Below are positions 32,987-34,768 of a stretch of DNA of 34,768 bases, in pieces. A program made the position numbers and the translations under genes. The notes under the pieces were generated by a model. That model was not told where the DNA came from. It saw only the letters and a list, made by a program, of their open reading frames with translations, and searched no databases. The number at the start of each line of letters is the position of its first letter. Positions within the stretch are counted from its first letter, which is position 1. The DNA comes from a virus. Taxonomy: Duplodnaviria > Caudoviricetes. The stretch lies in IMG/VR virus record IMGVR_UViG_3300033153_000622, positions 1-34,768 of that record. One strand, written 5' to 3'.

Positions 32987-33727
32987 ATGGCAGCAGTAAC
33001 AGCGACAGTAATTGGTATAGCAGCAACCGCAGCAACTACAACAATGAGTTTTTCTAATGCAGCAAAACAAAGAAGAGCTGCTGAAGAGGCAGACGCAGAA
33101 GCAAAAAAAGCAATGAAAGAAGCAAAAGCAAAAGCTGAAGTAGATTATTTTGCTTCATTAGATATTCCTTTAGATGCTTATGAAGCTCAGTTTGAAAATC
33201 AATTAGCCGGACAAAAGCAGGCGGTAGAAGCCTTGCAAGAAGGGGATGCTCGAAATTTAGCAGCTGGTATTGGTAAGGTAGGGGCTCAACAAGCTGAGTT
33301 AGGAGAGCAAACTCGTATCGATATGGGTAAAGAAATATCTGATCTTAACATGATGAAAGCAGAAAGTAAAGACGCTATAAATCAACAGCTTGTAGAGATG
33401 GATGTGGCTTATGCGAGAGAACAAAACCAAAGAAAGGCAGATGCTGACGCTCTTCGTAATCAATCTATTCAACAAGGAGTTGCTGGTGTAGGCTCTTTAG
33501 TAGGTCAAATTGGTGATGCCGCTCCTTTATTTAGTCAAGATGGAGCTACTCGAAGAGGTGCTAAATTAGCTAAACAATCTCAAGTAGGTAAAGGAGACAT
33601 GAATGATGCACAATATCAGAATAAATTAAGTGAGCTTAACTTAAGCAAAGAAGAGTATAGGTTAGCAAAAAAGATGAATGATGCTGAATTAACAGAATTC
33701 TATAAAAGCAAAGGGTGGGAATTTTAA
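32987..33727 (+). CDS. internal virion / ejection protein
   Basis: Ala-rich hydrophobic N-terminus followed by Ala/Gln-rich helices; podoviral gene position. Confidence 0.6.
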   Translation: MAAVTATVIGIAATAATTTMSFSNAAKQRRAAEEADAEAKKAMKEAKAKAEVDYFASLDIPLDAYEAQFENQLAGQKQAVEALQEGDARNLAAGIGKVGAQQAELGEQTRIDMGKEISDLNMMKAESKDAINQQLVEMDVAYAREQNQRKADADALRNQSIQQGVAGVGSLVGQIGDAAPLFSQDGATRRGAKLAKQSQVGKGDMNDAQYQNKLSELNLSKEEYRLAKKMNDAELTEFYKSKGWEF

Positions 33728-33746
33728 TAAATAAGAACAAATAAAT

Positions 33747-34768
33747 ATGGCAAATAGATTCGCAAAAAAAACTATAGACTTTGATGTTTACGAAAGGCAA
33801 GATAAAGAGTCTCAAATAAATTGGGGTAAGGTTGGTGCGGATATTACTAAAGCTTTTAGTGATGTTGCCACTGAGAGACAGGCAAAGAAAGACGCAATAC
33901 AGAAATCTTTTAATGATCAGCAAGCAGCAGCGGCTGATATGGGAGAATATAATGATGTTACTATTCAGCAATATGCAATAAATGGAGGTCAAAAAATTGC
34001 TAACTACAATCAAGATATGTACAACTTAGTACAAAAAGGAATAATAAAACCTTCAGAATACACCAAGTTTACAAACAACGTGACTGCGAATTTAAAATTA
34101 GTAAAAGCTAATGCTAAGTCTTATGATGATGCTTTTAAATTATATACTGATCGTACTCAGAATAACGAAAATGCTGCATTAGAAAGATACCAAGCTGGTA
34201 TGTTAGAAGGGTTTGCTTCTTTAAATAATTTAGAATTAGACTGGGACCCTATGACAGGAGAGGCGGTAAACATTCGTGTGGACGCTGATGGTAATCCTAT
34301 ACCAGGAGAAAGTATGACAGTACAGAATATGAGTGTTATGTTAAAACAACAATATAACGCATATGATCTTGATGGAAGTATAAAGACAGTAAAAGACAGA
34401 TTAGGTAGTGTTATTACTGCAGATTTAAAAGCTTCTTTAGGTAATTCGGTAGTAATCACTGAAGAAATGGTAACTAAAGCAGAACAAGATTTTTTTGATC
34501 CTAAGAATAAAAGAGGACAAGATGTGTTGAGAAAAGAAGCCCTTGCTGTATTAACAGATGATGTAGGGAAACAAGATTTATTAGCAGAAAACTCTGCGAT
34601 TTTAACAGAAAAAGGAGAGAAATATAGAGTAGGTAGTTTAGAAGAATATGAGCAGTGGAATGAGGAGAATCCTGGAGATGAAAAAAATAATCCTATATTA
34701 AGAACTAAATTTGAAGGAGGTAGATTAGTTCCTGAGTTTAATGAGTTTCAAGATGAGGCCGCAACTAA
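33747..34768 (+). CDS. probable ejection protein, truncated at window end (not in ORF track)
   Basis: ATG at 33747, MANRFAKKTIDFDVYERQDKESQINWGKVG..., frame open to the end of the window. Confidence 0.8.
   Translation, partial: MANRFAKKTIDFDVYERQDKESQINWGKVGADITKAFSDVATERQAKKDAIQKSFNDQQAAAADMGEYNDVTIQQYAINGGQKIANYNQDMYNLVQKGIIKPSEYTKFTNNVTANLKLVKANAKSYDDAFKLYTDRTQNNENAALERYQAGMLEGFASLNNLELDWDPMTGEAVNIRVDADGNPIPGESMTVQNMSVMLKQQYNAYDLDGSIKTVKDRLGSVITADLKASLGNSVVITEEMVTKAEQDFFDPKNKRGQDVLRKEALAVLTDDVGKQDLLAENSAILTEKGEKYRVGSLEEYEQWNEENPGDEKNNPILRTKFEGGRLVPEFNEFQDEAAT

Noticed and set aside
674-34459. Short minus-strand and nested ORFs in the track (674, 4441, 6944, 11388, 15757, 16334, 16909, 18459, 18924, 20379, 24532, 26312, 26817, 29295, 32706, 33636, 34157)
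   Set aside because: Shadows of well-supported + strand genes, with no recognisable motifs
1-34768. Stop-codon reassignment, tRNAs, introns or inteins
   Set aside because: Genes tile densely under the standard code with TAA, TAG and TGA all ending genes; no cloverleaf or splicing motifs recognised by eye

Overview
Late/morphogenesis arm of a tailed dsDNA phage, most likely a podovirus-type phage of a Bacteroidota (Flavobacteria-like) host. The host inference rests on the TAnnTTTG (-7) promoter motif before almost every operon and on A-rich, SD-less start regions. Gene order, nearly all on the + strand: non-coding control region (two IHF-consensus sites, AACACT repeats, (TAA)9, C-tracts); GroEL-GroES; one antisense winged-helix gene; a cluster of small very basic proteins; head-spike base plus LamG fibre; lysis cassette; two fibre genes; a tandem double-GroES protein; a 2OG-Fe(II) oxygenase; TerS/TerL; portal; scaffold; major capsid; ring/adaptor proteins; an apparently split tail-nozzle gene; a GNAT-like protein; ejection proteins (last one truncated). 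The most interesting candidates are (i) a three-component phage chaperonin set (GroEL, roofless GroES, Cpn20-like tandem GroES), (ii) a family of basic proteins, two sharing an RDLSxPL motif, that may be capsid cargo, (iii) overlapping divergent promoters next to a MarR-like gene, (iv) an origin/packaging-like IHF+repeat locus, and (v) one small beta-domain inserted into several unrelated virion proteins. All protein assignments come from motif recognition by eye; no database searches were run.
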